A stretch of DNA of 63,089 bases, filler included, from Polymyxa betae A26-41 (lineage: Eukaryota > Protista > Endomyxa: Phytomyxea): NCBI GenBank assembly GCA_003693705.1. It is 5 parts of 5 records of this genome, joined end to end, with 100 filler letters (N's around TTAATTAATTAA, not from the genome) between each part and the next. Parts side by side here need not be neighbours in the genome. Positions count along the whole stretch, not along the records: positions 1 to 14,686 come from RBZT01000374.1; positions 14,787 to 28,315 come from RBZT01000322.1; 3 more parts are not named here. One strand, written 5' to 3'. The first letter of the stretch is position 1. Every line of letters starts with the position of its first letter. The notes under the pieces were generated by a model. The model was given only the letters and a program-made list of their open reading frames with translations. It was not told the DNA's origin and did no database searches. The position numbers and the translations under genes are program-made. Shown piece after piece: positions 13,301 through 25,699 of this stretch.

Positions 13301-13700
13301 TTTTAAGAGCGCGTTGTATTCTTTTTCTGCCGCTTTCTTCCAATACAAACCATATTTTGAATTCAGTGCTTCCGATAATGAATTTGGAATAGGGATGGCT
13401 GACCCTTGAGTGCCAAAAAGCTCTCTAGGAATCAAAGTTTCATCAGCACTGGATGGATTTGCAGCATATCTGGGCTTCGGATTGCGTACAGAACTCCGTA
13501 GCTGCACCAGAGGAACGTGAGGCACAGCGGCAGCGGCCTGTCCATCATTTGTTAAATTGTTCAAATCGGTTTTTGAATCTGAATCAGAATGCAATTTGTC
13601 GATCGATTTTAATACTAACGTCGTTAAGTTCTGCTGTTGAGCAGCGATAGTCTCAGTTGACTGCAAATTTTGAACAAAATCAAATGAAGTTTCATCAAAA
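13300..13700 (-). mobile_element. Copia fragment (linker before RT)
   Basis: IPNSLSEALNSKYGLYWKKAAEKEYNALL, truncated at the hAT boundary. Confidence 0.75.
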
Positions 13701-13844
13701 ATTGCGACACGACTTATTACAATTCGCTGTTTGACCCTGTCCCAAAACTTGTACGCTTTTTGACAGTAGAATTGTTTTGCGTATATAAAAGCGTCCCACT
13801 TTTTCCATCCATTTTATCCCCATCCCATCCAGTCCCAAACCATA

Positions 13845-14030
13845 AAATTAATCCCATAAATTTATACCCCCAAACATACCACCATATCAACCCAAAAATT
13901 AGTCCCCATAAATTATACCAAAAAATTAATCCCATAAATTATACTCACAAAACATATTCACCGCATCAACCCAAAATTTAATCGCATAAAAGGATATACA
14001 ACCACATCACCCAAAAAATAAATCCCCCCA
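13845..14030. repeat. Imperfect G-poor tandem repeats (AAATTAATCCCATAAATT core)
   Basis: A ~75-bp unit occurs twice (13845-13919, 13921-13993) with internal sub-repeats. Strong strand asymmetry. Confidence 0.75.
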
Positions 14031-14153
14031 ATTCCCGAAAATGATATTTTTTCAATAATATCAAAAAAATCCTGTCATCAAAAAAACCCCATCAAAAAAT
14101 GACATTAATGACCCCACGTCCTTTCTCTTAAATTAAAATTAAAGAAGTAGAAT

Positions 14154-14516
14154 TTATTGTAATACTTCAATAATGTAATCACCGATAGCAATTATGCTAT
14201 GATATTTTCGTTCTTGAAACAATTTCAATATCATACTTTTAATAACTTTCAAATCTTCATCTTCATCATCATCTTCATCCTTATTATCACCATCATCATC
14301 ATCATCATCTTCATCATCCTTATTATCATCATCATCATCAATTTGTCGTCGTCGTAGTTGTCTCATATGTTTTTTTCGCTTCATTATATCAATGAATGTG
14401 GTATTCTTCTTCATTAGTATTGAATTAATAGTGTCTGTCAAACAAGGATAACTATGAAGGGTGCTACGATTGAAAACGGCGCAACCACGGCAACCCGTTT
14501 TCAATTCTCCTTTCAT
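14154..14516 (-). CDS. Hypothetical 120-aa protein with CxxC and an acidic tract, inside an AT-rich island
   Basis: Intact ATG-to-stop ORF. Basic stretch followed by a D/E run encoded by a (TCA)n-like repeat. Composition differs sharply from the flanks. Confidence 0.5.
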   Translation of the reverse strand: MKGELKTGCRGCAVFNRSTLHSYPCLTDTINSILMKKNTTFIDIMKRKKHMRQLRRRQIDDDDDNKDDEDDDDDDGDNKDEDDDEDEDLKVIKSMILKLFQERKYHSIIAIGDYIIEVLQ

Positions 14517-14686
14517 CTTTCACTTCCTATTTTGTCTGTCTGTCTATATCTACATCTTCCAATTATTATTATTAAGGTAAATTGAAATGGGGTTTGTTTA
14601 TTCATTCAAATTCAAACTACTTAAAGATTTAATAATTTTGTTCTTCTTCTTATCGTTCTTCTTTAATTCATTTTTTGCCTGATTAT

Positions 14687-14786
14687 NNNNNNNNNNNNNN
14701 NNNNNNNNNNNNNNNNNNNNNNNNNNNNNNTTAATTAATTAANNNNNNNNNNNNNNNNNNNNNNNNNNNNNNNNNNNNNNNNNNNN
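14687..14786. other. Artificial contig linker
   Basis: N44-TTAATTAATTAA-N44 (stop codons in all six frames). Confidence 0.99.
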
Positions 14787-15068
14787 TCCCAAAAAAAACA
14801 GCGTACGCAGTTTGACGAACTGCGCACGCAATGGCTCCTGATAACGGACGCATAAATCTGATGCATAACAAAGATGCGAACCTGATGGAAGTATGACGAC
14901 GTACCTTAATATTAATAGGCTCGACCCCCGAGAGGTCCGTACGGCATCCGTACGGACCGAGCTGGATTTGGGTCCTGGGATTCGAGCTGGAATAAATCAG
15001 AGTTGATAACGAGCTGTAATTCGTGTGTGTCAATTTAGTAGCGTATCGCGATTGGAGGATCCGCTCCA
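14787..15068. repeat. Hairpin-rich repeat, copy 2
   Basis: About 99% identical to 1-281. Identity ends abruptly after GATCCGCTCCA. Confidence 0.9.
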
Positions 15069-15129
15069 TCCCGTGAGAATCGATTCTCCCGTAAGAATCA
15101 GGAAAATCGACGATTCTTAAAATGCGTGA

Positions 15130-15395
15130 AGATCCTAAGTTTGATACCCCCTAATGAGTCCAGCATTTGAAGGTCATTGAGCGTTATGATCTCTCAGATG
15201 ATCGCAGTAGCAACGAAAACAGTGAGCAGCCTGACGAAATGTCGACACTTTTACAGCAGATGAAACGAGCCAAAACTCAGAGTGCGTCTCGCTACATTGA
15301 CTTAAGGTTCATTCGCCCCACCAGTAACATGTGTTAGAGGTTTTGTAGTATGTCCAAGTTGGCATTACCTGATCATCGAAAGCGCTTACTGCTAA
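15130..15395 (+). pseudogene. hAT transposase C-terminal fragment
   Basis: KRAKTQSASRYIDLRFIRPTSNMC*RF, homologous to KRAKVQSSSPYIGLRFFRPTSNIC at ~8180-8270. Confidence 0.75.
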
Positions 15396-15471
15396 AGATG
15401 GAGGGTGGAGGCAGAGGGTCAGCAGTCCTTTGCCGGAAGCAGCTGACAGCGTCTACGAACGTGGAAGTCGA

Positions 15472-15665
15472 TGTTGAGGATAAGAGAGCAATATAATGAA
15501 TGAATGTATTATGAGCCGGGTGGCATCTTATATAGAATTATAATATCATCGCTCTGTCATATATCGGAAAAGCCCGCCACGGAGTTTTGACCGCCTGTGT
15601 TGCATGGTCAAGCTTGACTCTCTTGTTTGGTCAAAGAGGCCTGAACGTTAGTTTGAACTTCAACA
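15472..15665 (-). repeat. 3' LTR of a Copia element (194 bp)
   Basis: TGTTGA...TCAACA termini. PPT GAGGGGGCG at 15666-15674 on the minus strand. TATATAA box inside. Confidence 0.85.
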
Positions 15666-18600
15666 CGCCCCCTCAAACTGATGTCTGGTGATTTGACAAA
15701 TGCTTCCGTGCAAGTATGAAATTTTCTGGTGGTAGTCGGTTTGGTGAGTCCGTCCGCGAGCATGCTGTCGGTTGGAACGTAAGTAACGGCGACTTGCGCA
15801 TCCTTGATCATCTGCCGGACGTAATGATATTTGACATCGATATGTTTGGATCGATTCTCAGTTCTGTTATTGCAACAGACGGCGATGCATCCTTTGTTGT
15901 CTTCAGCAATTACTGTTGGAGTTTTGGCTGGAAAACCCAGCTCAGCCAAGAGTTGGCGAAGCCACACCGCTTCTCGAACTTCTCCGCACAGAGCAACATA
16001 TTCAGCTTCGACCGACGACAAACTCGTGGATGTTTGGAGCTTGGATTTCCAGGCGATGGGTCCACCAGCAAGCATGAAAATGTAACCTGTTGTTGAACGA
16101 CGCGTGTCGCGATCACCTGCCCAATCTGCGTCGGAAAATCCGATAGCCTCTGCATCTGTATGCTGCCTTTCGAATAAAATGCCTTGTCTCTTCGTACCAG
16201 ATAAATAGCGAAGGACACGCTGTGCTGCCTTCCAGTGCTGCGGTCCAGGGTTGCTTATGAAACGACATAGGGTTCCCACAGCTGTACTGATATCTGGTCG
16301 AGTATTAGATGATATCCAGTTTAGGCTTCCGACAAGCTCTGCGTATGGGACTTGCTGCATCCTTGCCTTTTCGTCGTTACTTTTCGGACACATTGCCGTG
16401 GTCAGATAGAAACCTGGCTGATTTGGTGTCTCGGCAGGATTGCAATCAATCATTCTAAATTTTGTCAGGAGCTCATCGATATACTCTTCTTGATTGATGA
16501 AGATGGATCTATGGTCAGGATCTTGATAGATTTGCATGCCCTTCAGGCGTGTGGGTTCCCCCAAATAGGTCACCTCCCAAGTTTACGAAATCAGATCGAT
16601 AATCGATTTGCAGATGTGTTGGTTGTTGTGCGCCAGAAGGATGTCATCTACATGGACGCCAAGAAAACGATATTGTCGCCATCTCGGTGTATGTAGATGC
16701 ATGGATCGGCGATAGTCCGTCGGAACTGGAGCTTATTGATCAGGAAGGAATCCAGCTGCTGGTTCCAGATCATGCCAGCCTGTTTTAGGCCGTATAAGGC
16801 TTATTTCAATCTGCAGACAGCTCTTTCTTGGACAGAATTTACAAAACTTTCGGGTTGCTTCATGTAAATTTCTTCGCTAATATCACCATTTAAGAACGCC
16901 CCGACAACGTCAGTCTTGTAAAGTTGCAGAGAATATTGGGCTGCAATAGCCAGGAGGACGCGAAGCGATTGTTGATGGGCTACCGGCGCGAATGTTTCGT
17001 CATAGTCGATGCCGGCACGCTGTGAGAACCTCTTGACAACCAATCTGGCCTTAAACTTACGAACAATTCCATCGTTCATCAGATTGGGCTTCACACTGAA
17101 TACCCATTTGCACGCGATAGCTTTTCGTCCGGGAGGTAGTGATTGTAATGTCCATGTTTTTAAGTCCGTCAATTGTTTCATTTCTTTAGCCATAGCGTCA
17201 TACCAGTGTCCAGAGAACCTGCCTGATAACGCTTCAGATACGGATTGAGGAACGTGTATATCGGTGGTCTTGAGGTTTTTGTAATCTGGCATTTGAAGGT
17301 CTTTCAGGTTCGTGGGAGCCGATTGAGGGCTGGTGGATACTTGATTGGCGCTTGCGGTCTTCCACCACTCGCCAGGGGGCCGTCTTGCACGAGTGCTTGA
17401 GCGTCTAATCTGAGGGGGCTCGTCCGTATCAGGTCGTAAATCAGGGTGACTTGTGACTGAATTTTTGGAAGTCGCATCAGCGTCATCTGGATTGATTTCA
17501 TTGATTTGTGCAACTTGAGTTTCATTGGTGCAGGAACCCACTGGAAACAGCAGATGGAGCTCCGCTTAATCTGAAAGTTGATCGTCGCTCATCGAACGCG
17601 GGCCGTCGCGGCCAAATGCGAATGTAAAGTCGTTTTCATTAAATTCGACATCTGTACTCACCAGCTCACGTTGCGAAATTGGGTCATAAAGCAGGTAGGC
17701 CTTCTGTGAGCTCGCATAGCCAATATGAATCGCTTTTTGTCCTCCAAAGTCCAGCTTTTTCCTCTGATGGTCATGAATGTGTCGAAAGGCGGTACAGCCG
17801 AAAACACGTAGGTAATGCAGATCTGGGGTTTTGTGGAAAAGTGCTTCATACGGAGTGGTGTGGAGATCGAGAGAAGAGTGAGGCCGTCGGTTGTAAATGT
17901 GTGTTGCAGCCTGGATAGCCCAGGGGAAAAACGATTGAGGTAATCGGGAATGCGCCAGAATGCTCAATGTCATGTCAGTCAGAGTGCGGTCCATTTTTTC
18001 GGTTAACCCATTTGATTCGGAATCACCCGAAACGGTGGTTCGGTGATGTATGCACTTGGACTGGAGAAATATTCTTGCTGCCTGAGACATGTACTCGCCA
18101 CCATTGTCAGTTTGAAATTCCTTGATCGAAACGTCATGTCGGTTGGTGAATGCAGAAACGAAGCATTTGAAGTTGTCAAATTGTTCGGACTTGTGCTTGA
18201 GCAGAGCAACGGGACAGAATCTTGTGCTATAGTCGATATAGGTAACAAAATAGCGATGGCCTTCGATTCCAGTGGTTGAGAACGGCCCCATCATGTCGCT
18301 GACAATGAGCTCTTCCGGCAATGATGATTAAACGGGCTGCACACCGGGAAAGGTTTTCTGGTCATTTTTCCCAGGATACACGGCTCGCAAAACTTCGGCT
18401 TTTCTTTGCTGATTTCTGATCCTAATGCTCCAATGTACCAAGACGCCGAATATCATCGAAATTGGTGTGAGCGAGTCTTAGATGCCAAGTGCCAAGCGGG
18501 ATCGGCTGTTTTCTTGAGCTGGCAAATGCGCCAGTTTGATGAATTGGAAGTGAATCCGGTTTTAGACGATACATATTATCAGGGCTTTTCTTAATCTGAG

Positions 18601-18930
18601 CAATGACATGACCTCGAGGTGGCTGGAAGTCTTTGTCACTGAAAATGGTCAAATAGTCGTCGGATATGAGAAATTTAAGGCCGATGCTTGAGGCTTGACC
18701 GGGCGAGTACAAATTCTTTCCAAGGTTGGGTACAACGAGAACATCACTTAATTTCAGCTGACTTCGGCCAAGCGTAATTGAGCAGCTCCCACGTCCGAGA
18801 GCGTGTATGAGTGAATTGTCTCCGAGCTGTACGACGAGATTACTGTGTAGTGACTCTAAGGCAGAAATCGTTGATGAATCAAAAGTCATGTGATTGGAGC
18901 AGCCGGTGTCAAAGCATGCTGAGGGTAACA
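15608..18930 (-). mobile_element. Ty1/Copia pol (PR-IN-RT-RH), 5'-truncated, few disruptions
   Basis: FDTGCSNHMT, WHLRLAH, SDMMGPF, FQTDNGGEY, KFKARLVV, GFSDADWAGD...SSVEAEY, KHIDVKYHY. Confidence 0.96.
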
Positions 18931-20800
18931 ATTTCTTATAGTCGTTTATCTTGTATGTATAGAATTGGGTACAGGTTAAACTAATACTAATGAACAGCAT
19001 GGCCGACTTAGCAGCTTGGGCTAAGGCGTCTAAGAAAGCAGCAGCAACTAGCATCAATGGTGCATGCATCTTCAAGATACAAGGGATACGATGCCTTAGG
19101 CGTACATGTCGGCTCGGTTCATATCGATTCTTGCCAAAAAACCTCTCATTAAGGAAAACAATCAATATCCCATGTTCTCTGGGATTCAATCCTATGGATA
19201 CATCACCTCTCCTATATACCCAGGACGAGATACGTTGTTCAGGTAGCGAAATTGGCTCTACCTTATCGCTATTGATTGTTTGCTTGACGTATAGGTTTGG
19301 AATTCGAAGGCTACGAACGCCGAAGGCATGAAGAGAGAGTCCAACAATGCGACAGCGACTATAGCAGTTTCAAGCCCTATGAGAGAACAAAAGACCCTAA
19401 ACACCCTTTCAAGCAAAGTGGATTTTACGGTGTCGACTTTCTTTCAAAACACTTGGCAAGCGGATGGGATCCTTCACGTCAGTTCAAGTCAGATTTCATG
19501 TACCATTTGGGAGTAACAATTTCGGTCATTATTGATGTAATGCTCTTTACTAAGTGAGCAATCAGAAAGTTGCCAAAACGCTAATCCAGGCGCTTGACTG
19601 TGAGCCTGGCGGTACCGGGCTCGTCTTCGACCAAGAAGCTCGCCTCGCTGAACAAGACATGAACATGCTGCCGAATGTCTGGGACCATGGCACCAAGCTA
19701 CCTTGGGCTTTGATTAAAGGCAGCCGAGCGGAGATCTCTGGGAGACCGAAGAATCTGATGCGGCCCGGCAGTAACCATTTTATTGAATTGCCATTTACAA
19801 AACTGATATGGATGCAATTTAGGATCTCCAGAATTATTCAATCCCTACATACAATCTCAAACTCTGGTGAAGAACGCTCAGTGGCATTTGATGCTACATG
19901 GACTGTTCAAATTCCTGACCAAAGGACGCTTCGGTACAGACAGCAACGCAATATGTTCTCAACTTGCATTGTATTCGCTTTTTGACAAGCTTTCGGAATG
20001 CTATTCCTCCGTCATCAAGCGATCGCGTCTTGAGATTCTACAATTGCAGTTAGCCGAAGCGTTAACTTTGCTGGAAGAGGTGTGCTGATCAAACCGGTTT
20101 GTTAACATATAGCTGATTGATAACTTCAGCAAGTACCAAGTATGTTGATGACGCTGCCTGTACATTTTGTCCTGCATGTTGTTGGGCATATCTTTCAAGA
20201 TTTAGGGCCTTTAACCGGGTCTTCATGGAATTTCTGGTCGGAAAGGTTTATGCGACCTGCAAAGTCCATGAGCCATGCAACTAAAGGTCAGTTAGTCAAT
20301 ATTATGAGTAATTATGCAGATTAAGTCGCTATCGCATGCTTCAGGTAAAGCGGGAGTCTAATCAATCCCGAAAATTGAATTCTGAATAGGCATGAACATC
20401 ATGGGACTTTCACTCACAGTGCAGAAAGAGTTTGGACCTTCGGAGAATCTGTAGATCTTGATGACAACCATTCACGACACTTTGGCCTGGAGACAGCTGT
20501 GCATTTCAAGCAAGACGATTTAGAGCTTGGTATAAAGATGCTCCACGAAAAATGTACTATCACTGATTGGAATTAAAGGTCGGCTGCACGAAGCATTGTT
20601 CTTATCAGTGGAGGATGACAGGAATGCAACTATGTCACTGAATTCAAGTCTCCAAAGACCATTCAATGATTCAAAGCTACAGCATCACGCAATGGCGTTC
20701 TTTCAGCAAAACAAGAGCCTACTGATCCCGTTTCTCAAAGAAAATGGATTTGACCATTCGTTAATTGCAGCGTTACAAGGTAACCAAGCTCATCAGTAGG
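18930..20800 (+). pseudogene. CACTA/EnSpm (Tnp2-like) transposase, 5' part, probably intron-containing
   Basis: ADLAAWAK...YRFLP..LR; SGFYG...DFMYHLG; HFVLHVVGHIFQDLGPL..SWNFWSERFM, resembling the HxxxH...GP...W.F..ER motif. Confidence 0.75.
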
Positions 20801-21541
20801 TAGTTAGTAGATTTCATCATACTTGTCATGTTCGAATTGTGGTTCTGGCTTTTATGAAAGCGATTGCATCATTGTCAATATTATAGATATATTCTCACAT
20901 TGTTAGATTCGAAGTTTATTTGAATTGTTGTCTCATTTGGGTTGGGTGGAAAGGCCGGAAGGGCCGAAGATCTCGTTCGTTTCGAGAATCTTCTCAGCCC
21001 TTTCCCCGGTTGTTTTTATTATTATTCGGCTTATCGGTATTCAATTCCTTTTGGTTAGGCTTGGTTGGCTACGGGGCAAATGCACGCGAGATAGAAGAAT
21101 GAGAGTCCAGAGGTCGGGAGAGCTTGGTCTCCCTACCTCGTGGCGGCTGGGGTCCGGACTGCGCCACGGACCTAGCCGCAGAAATTTCATAGGGGTGTCT
21201 TGTCATATATTACCTTCGTGGCCGACAATAGCGGTATCTGTTCCTCGTTCGCCTAACTTGTGGTTCGCTCTCTCGTCCGGATACCTAAAATTGATGTCTC
21301 ATTTCGGTTGGGTGGAAAGGCCGGAAGGGCCGAAGATCTCGTTCGTTTCGAGAATCTTCTCAGCCCTTTCCCCTCCAACCTTCATGGCCTTTCTGCCCGC
21401 CCGCTCGTTGGCTCAGCTGTTTCTACTCGACAGCCTTTTTGTCTGCTCTGTCTCTATGATTGGTTTCTCATCATAAACTGGGTTCTGTTCGAACCTGAGT
21501 CGGTTCATTAATGTTCTGTTCATTTCCGAAATCCTTTATTG

Positions 21542-22547
21542 TCAGTTGCATTCCGTCCTGCGGTAGGTTGCTTTAATTGTCTGCAGAATCTGGGTTGAGT
21601 CTGTTCGGCGGTAGCGGGTATAGCATGATGAGCGCCATCTGCCCATCGCTTGGATTAAGTGGTCAGTGACCTTCATTTCACAAAGTTCGGTGGATCCACC
21701 GATTCGTAGGCTGTGGCCCTTGTATCGTCCGTCTGAGATTCCGATACTCTTCAATGTTTTTTTTAGCCATGTGGTGAACGCCTTTCGGGTGATGGGTCGG
21801 TTCTGTGCGTCCGAGAATAGTGGGTCGGTAGCCTTGCAGTTGGCTCGTTCGATAATCAGGTTCTGAAGGGCCGTTGCGGCACAGGCTTCGGTGTCTTCAA
21901 TGGGATGGATGACTTTGATGGCCAGTCGCCATGTGTTGGTCTTACCTTCGAGGAGGGTAAGAGACGCGGTCCCTTCGCTGAGTGTGTATGTCCATTGTCC
22001 GAGCGTCGGGTGTGTGGAAAAAAGTGGTTGTCGGCAGTAATCTCCCCGGTCGGTACAGTCCTTCGCGTCCAAGTAGCGTGATCGATAGCATTGTCATATC
22101 GAGGGTGGTCCTGATGATGCCGGATCTCTTCATCTTAATTAGCATCCATAAGAAAATTGGACGTCGCGTGTCGGCTTGTTGGGCTCCGTGTAAGATGTGG
22201 AGTCGGCGCATCATTGCCTCTAGTAATGGCATCTCTTCCAACAAATTGAGGGGCTTTGATCCAGCGGTCAGATAGTGGCTGATGCCATAAAGGTAGTTCT
22301 TCAGTGTTGGATAGCTCAAGCCTCCCTGATCCTTGGGTTTTCGGCCTTGGTCGAAGACATACAGAACGAGGTCGGATTCCGACGGCTTAGCGTAGTCCAC
22401 ACCGTAACGTTCGCACCATTTGGTAAAATTCTTCCATGCGGAAGTGTATGCATTCAGGGAATTGGTTGCGAGAGATTGAGCCAATTCTAGTCTGGCCTCT
22501 TCCACCAATTCTGGGTTCTCGTGGGCTAGGACAGTCTCCCAGGACAT
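21542..22547 (-). CDS. Tyrosine recombinase (frameshifted across two ORFs)
   Basis: N-terminal YTSAWKNFTKWC...TLKNYLYGI; GLYRPG; catalytic GHSLRIGG...MGRWRSSCYTRY. Confidence 0.92.
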
Positions 22548-22959
22548 TACGATCCGTGAGGACCTTCAGGTACTGTTCTGTTCACCTCACTTTGATAGTT
22601 CGTTCGTCTTGAGGGACTTGGCCTTCCTGTAGTTTGGCTCACGCTCGGTGTCTCGGATCTGGATAGACTTCGCCTTCTTTAGGGCCTTGGCCCCTTCCTT
22701 GGATAGGTGGAAAGGAAGCGTTCTCTTCTTTATACTCATGGTAGCAGTGTGATGGGTCTGGTCTCCCTCTCTCGTGTCTCTTCCGATTCTAGGTCCGTGG
22801 CGGACTTCTTCGCTTCATGTTATGTTTCATTAGTGCCCTGCTCATATATTCTGCGTTTTATTGATTTGCGTTTAAGGGGCTTCTACTCTGCCCAACTTGT
22901 CAGCCCGCAGAACACGTTTCCCTTTCAGGGTCTCTGGGCAGTGGCTGTTACGTGATAGT

Positions 22960-24200
22960 GCATGGTGTTGGTAGTGCCTGCAATGTGCACGAGCGTGATG
23001 CGACATCTGTGTGATAACTCGGCATAAAATATCGACTTCAGAATGTCGTTGATGACGGGGTCTGTTCGGGAGCGGCGGTTGGTCATTGCATGGACATTGC
23101 CTTCATTATCGGTGTGGATAATTACAATGGCGCCCTGCCAAGCACGGCCCCAAAGTGTGAGGGCTTCGAGGACCGCTCGGAGCTCTCTCGCTCCGATGCT
23201 TTCTTTTTGGTGGGTGGTTGGCCATGGTTCTTGAAACCATTCTCGGGTCTATGCATTCCAGCCACCCATTCCCCAATCCGAAGCATCGGTGAATACTCCT
23301 ATATCAGAGGCATTCTTCTCGCATTCGGGAATAATCTCATATGATGCGTTCCAGGAGTCAATGAACTGGAGCCATATCCGCAAATCCTCTTTGACGTAAG
23401 CGGGAACTGGCTGGGTGCAGAACCTGGTAGTGTTGGTTCGGACCTGTTGGCGCAGGTGGAAGAGGAAGGTCCGGCCTGCCGGCATGATCTGGGCGAGGTA
23501 GTTTAGGGTGCCAATTAGCTGCTGGTATTGGGTGATCGTTGCCTTGTTGGCCAGCAGGAACTGCGAAATCTTTGCCTTTGCCTTTGCTAATTTCTCTGGA
23601 GGGATGGAGACTCTCATCGTCTCGGTGTTGAATTGGAGTCCTATATATGTCTGGCAGGTCGAAGGGCTCTGGCTCTTTGTCGCATCTAATCGAATGCCCA
23701 GGCGGTTGGCTTCTCGTTGAAAATAGAGTTGATTCCGTCTCTCGTCTATTTCTGAGTGTCCGATGCCAAGGAAATCGTCCACATAGCATAGTAGGTTGGT
23801 AAACTGTCTCGGGTATTTCTGCTGGAGGATCCAAATCATGAACTCTGTGGCCTCGTGCCATAGTCCAGGAGAGCGTCGGCTTCCGAATGAGATGGTCGTA
23901 TGAATGTAGTAGCGTGAACCGATGCGGAACATCAGCCACGCTCTAGAGGTTCTGTTCAATTTGATATGGTGGAAGGCTTCTGATACGTCTTCGCTCCAAA
24001 TCAAGACGTGATCGTGCTGTCTCTTGATCGCATGGATAATACTCATCACTTCCTTGAGGCGTGGTTTGATATCGAACTGGCTCGGATCGATATGGGAGTT
24101 CACGGCGTCAGGGTGATCATTGCATGATAAATCATGGATAAGTCGGTCTAGATGTCCTTTCTTTGGAACGGTATAGACTGGACAGGTTATGAAGTGAGGA
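22960..24200 (-). CDS. DIRS/Ngaro reverse transcriptase-RNase H (stop in the RNase H part)
   Basis: EDVSEAFHHI, SFGSRRSP, CYVDDFLG, TYIGL, VFTDASDWGMGG. Continues ELRAVLEAL...IHTDN...HIAG after a stop. Confidence 0.95.
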
Positions 24201-24208
24201 AAGGGATT

Positions 24209-25699
24209 TTAGTCACGCATGAAGGGGCCGACGAAGTGACCTTGCATGTGCTCTTTACGTAAGGTCGCGAGGAATCTTTGCAGTGAATCGTCATGCTTTT
24301 CCTGCGAATCCCATTCTCTTGTTCGATTGGTCGGGCCAGTGTATCGGATATCTGCTCCTTCTGTGATACTGTTGCAACACCGGGAGGCTCTTTGCTGCTC
24401 TGGGTGCTGCTGGAGCTCTAGAATCCAGCGGCTGTGGTTGAGCCATGGTTGGACTTCGAGTCCTTGTTCCATCAGTTGAACCCGATCTGAATGTGGGGAG
24501 AATCGCAAGACGGCTTCTGGGTCGTCGTATGGGTTCGTTTTGCTAGTATCTTCTCTCACTAGACTAGGGTTCTGATCTATCGCTATAGGTCTGCAACTGG
24601 AAAAGTTTTTTGTTAAAATGGTATGCTCATCTACCGTGGCTATAGTCAAGTAATAGTTGGAATTGGAGGGTTTAGTAGAAGACTTGGCTTCAGAAGCCTT
24701 CTTGCAGAGCGGTTTATGGCTCCAGCGGATTCGGTTGCCGTATTCGCAATTTTTCATGACGTGATCCTTGCATCGCTCACGCCCTTCGTCGTCATAGCCA
24801 GCGTGAAGTCGGTTCTTGACATCCGTGCGGCGGCGCTTTGGATCGGATCCAGCAGATTCGGGGCGATGTGCAAGTCGGTGGTTGAGCTTCAATCGCTCTT
24901 CGTCTTCCATGTTATACTCCAGGAAGATCGCGTATCTCCCTGGAGAACATTCAGCATTGCGACGCTTACGCTGATCGTATTCTGAAACGGCGCGCCATGG
25001 GTAGGACATGGCTCGTGTTTGGACAATCAATGAATGGTGTAGCATCGAGATGATGTACGAGCGGGGGGCATTATTCTTGGCGAGGGTGTAGATGACTGTT
25101 TGATGGACTTCGTACCATGCAAGGAGGTTGGGGACGTCTCGGCGGCTGTTGGCGGATTTGAGGACGCGCTGCTCGCCGTCTTGGATTACGACGGTGTGCA
25201 GGTCTTCTTTCGATGAATCGTTGGAGGGCATAAGGGTCGCATAATCAACGAACTTTCCGTCTAGGATTCTTGCTCGAACCTCAGTCGGGACGGCCAGGAA
25301 GGCCTCACCATAATTAGGGTTGGTCTTCTTGTTAGATGAAAGCTCTCTCTTCAGAGCTTCAACCTCACCAAGGAGGGTGCGTTCTCTTTTCAACGCCGCC
25401 TCCTGGTTGGCTTTTTCTCTCTTGAGAAAATTATGCTCCATTCGCGCGTTGTTCTTATCGATGATGGCTTGAATGTCGGTAACAGAGATTGGCGGAGCGG
25501 GGGAGTTGTAGGATGAAGGAGGAGGTGGATCGCTGCTGGTGGATTCATTAGCACTCTCGGAGCTGGAGGAGTGGTTGCTGGCTGCGGTTTGTGATTGTGA
25601 AGGGGAGGAGGAATCGTTGTAGTCCGATGCCTCCGAGGAGGCATCCCCCATGCTGTTAGGGCTGGAGGCTTTCGCCTTGGAGGTCCTGGTAACAGGCAT
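24209..25699 (-). CDS. Ngaro gag-like ORF1
   Basis: Starts just inside repeat A1. Ser-rich N-terminus, coiled coil, ILDGKFVDYATLM, W...YD, and a degenerate CCCH finger (CKDHVMKNCEYGNRIRWSH). Confidence 0.85.
   Translation of the reverse strand: MPVTRTSKAKASSPNSMGDASSEASDYNDSSSPSQSQTAASNHSSSSESANESTSSDPPPPSSYNSPAPPISVTDIQAIIDKNNARMEHNFLKREKANQEAALKRERTLLGEVEALKRELSSNKKTNPNYGEAFLAVPTEVRARILDGKFVDYATLMPSNDSSKEDLHTVVIQDGEQRVLKSANSRRDVPNLLAWYEVHQTVIYTLAKNNAPRSYIISMLHHSLIVQTRAMSYPWRAVSEYDQRKRRNAECSPGRYAIFLEYNMEDEERLKLNHRLAHRPESAGSDPKRRRTDVKNRLHAGYDDEGRERCKDHVMKNCEYGNRIRWSHKPLCKKASEAKSSTKPSNSNYYLTIATVDEHTILTKNFSSCRPIAIDQNPSLVREDTSKTNPYDDPEAVLRFSPHSDRVQLMEQGLEVQPWLNHSRWILELQQHPEQQRASRCCNSITEGADIRYTGPTNRTREWDSQEKHDDSLQRFLATLRKEHMQGHFVGPFMRD

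Noticed and set aside
12671-13666. 331-aa ORF as a real gene
   Set aside because: Chimeric read-through from a Copia fragment into the hAT 5' region, going out of frame at the BED finger
14687-14786. Recurrent TTAATTAATTAA palindrome within N runs (four times)
   Set aside because: Artificial six-frame-stop linker used to concatenate contigs
14731-15069. 112-aa ORF over the hairpin repeat
   Set aside because: Runs into the N linker, and indels in copy 3 break the frame
20925-21476. 183-aa plus-strand ORF with an internal repeat
   Set aside because: Antisense translation of the Ngaro B-A-B repeats
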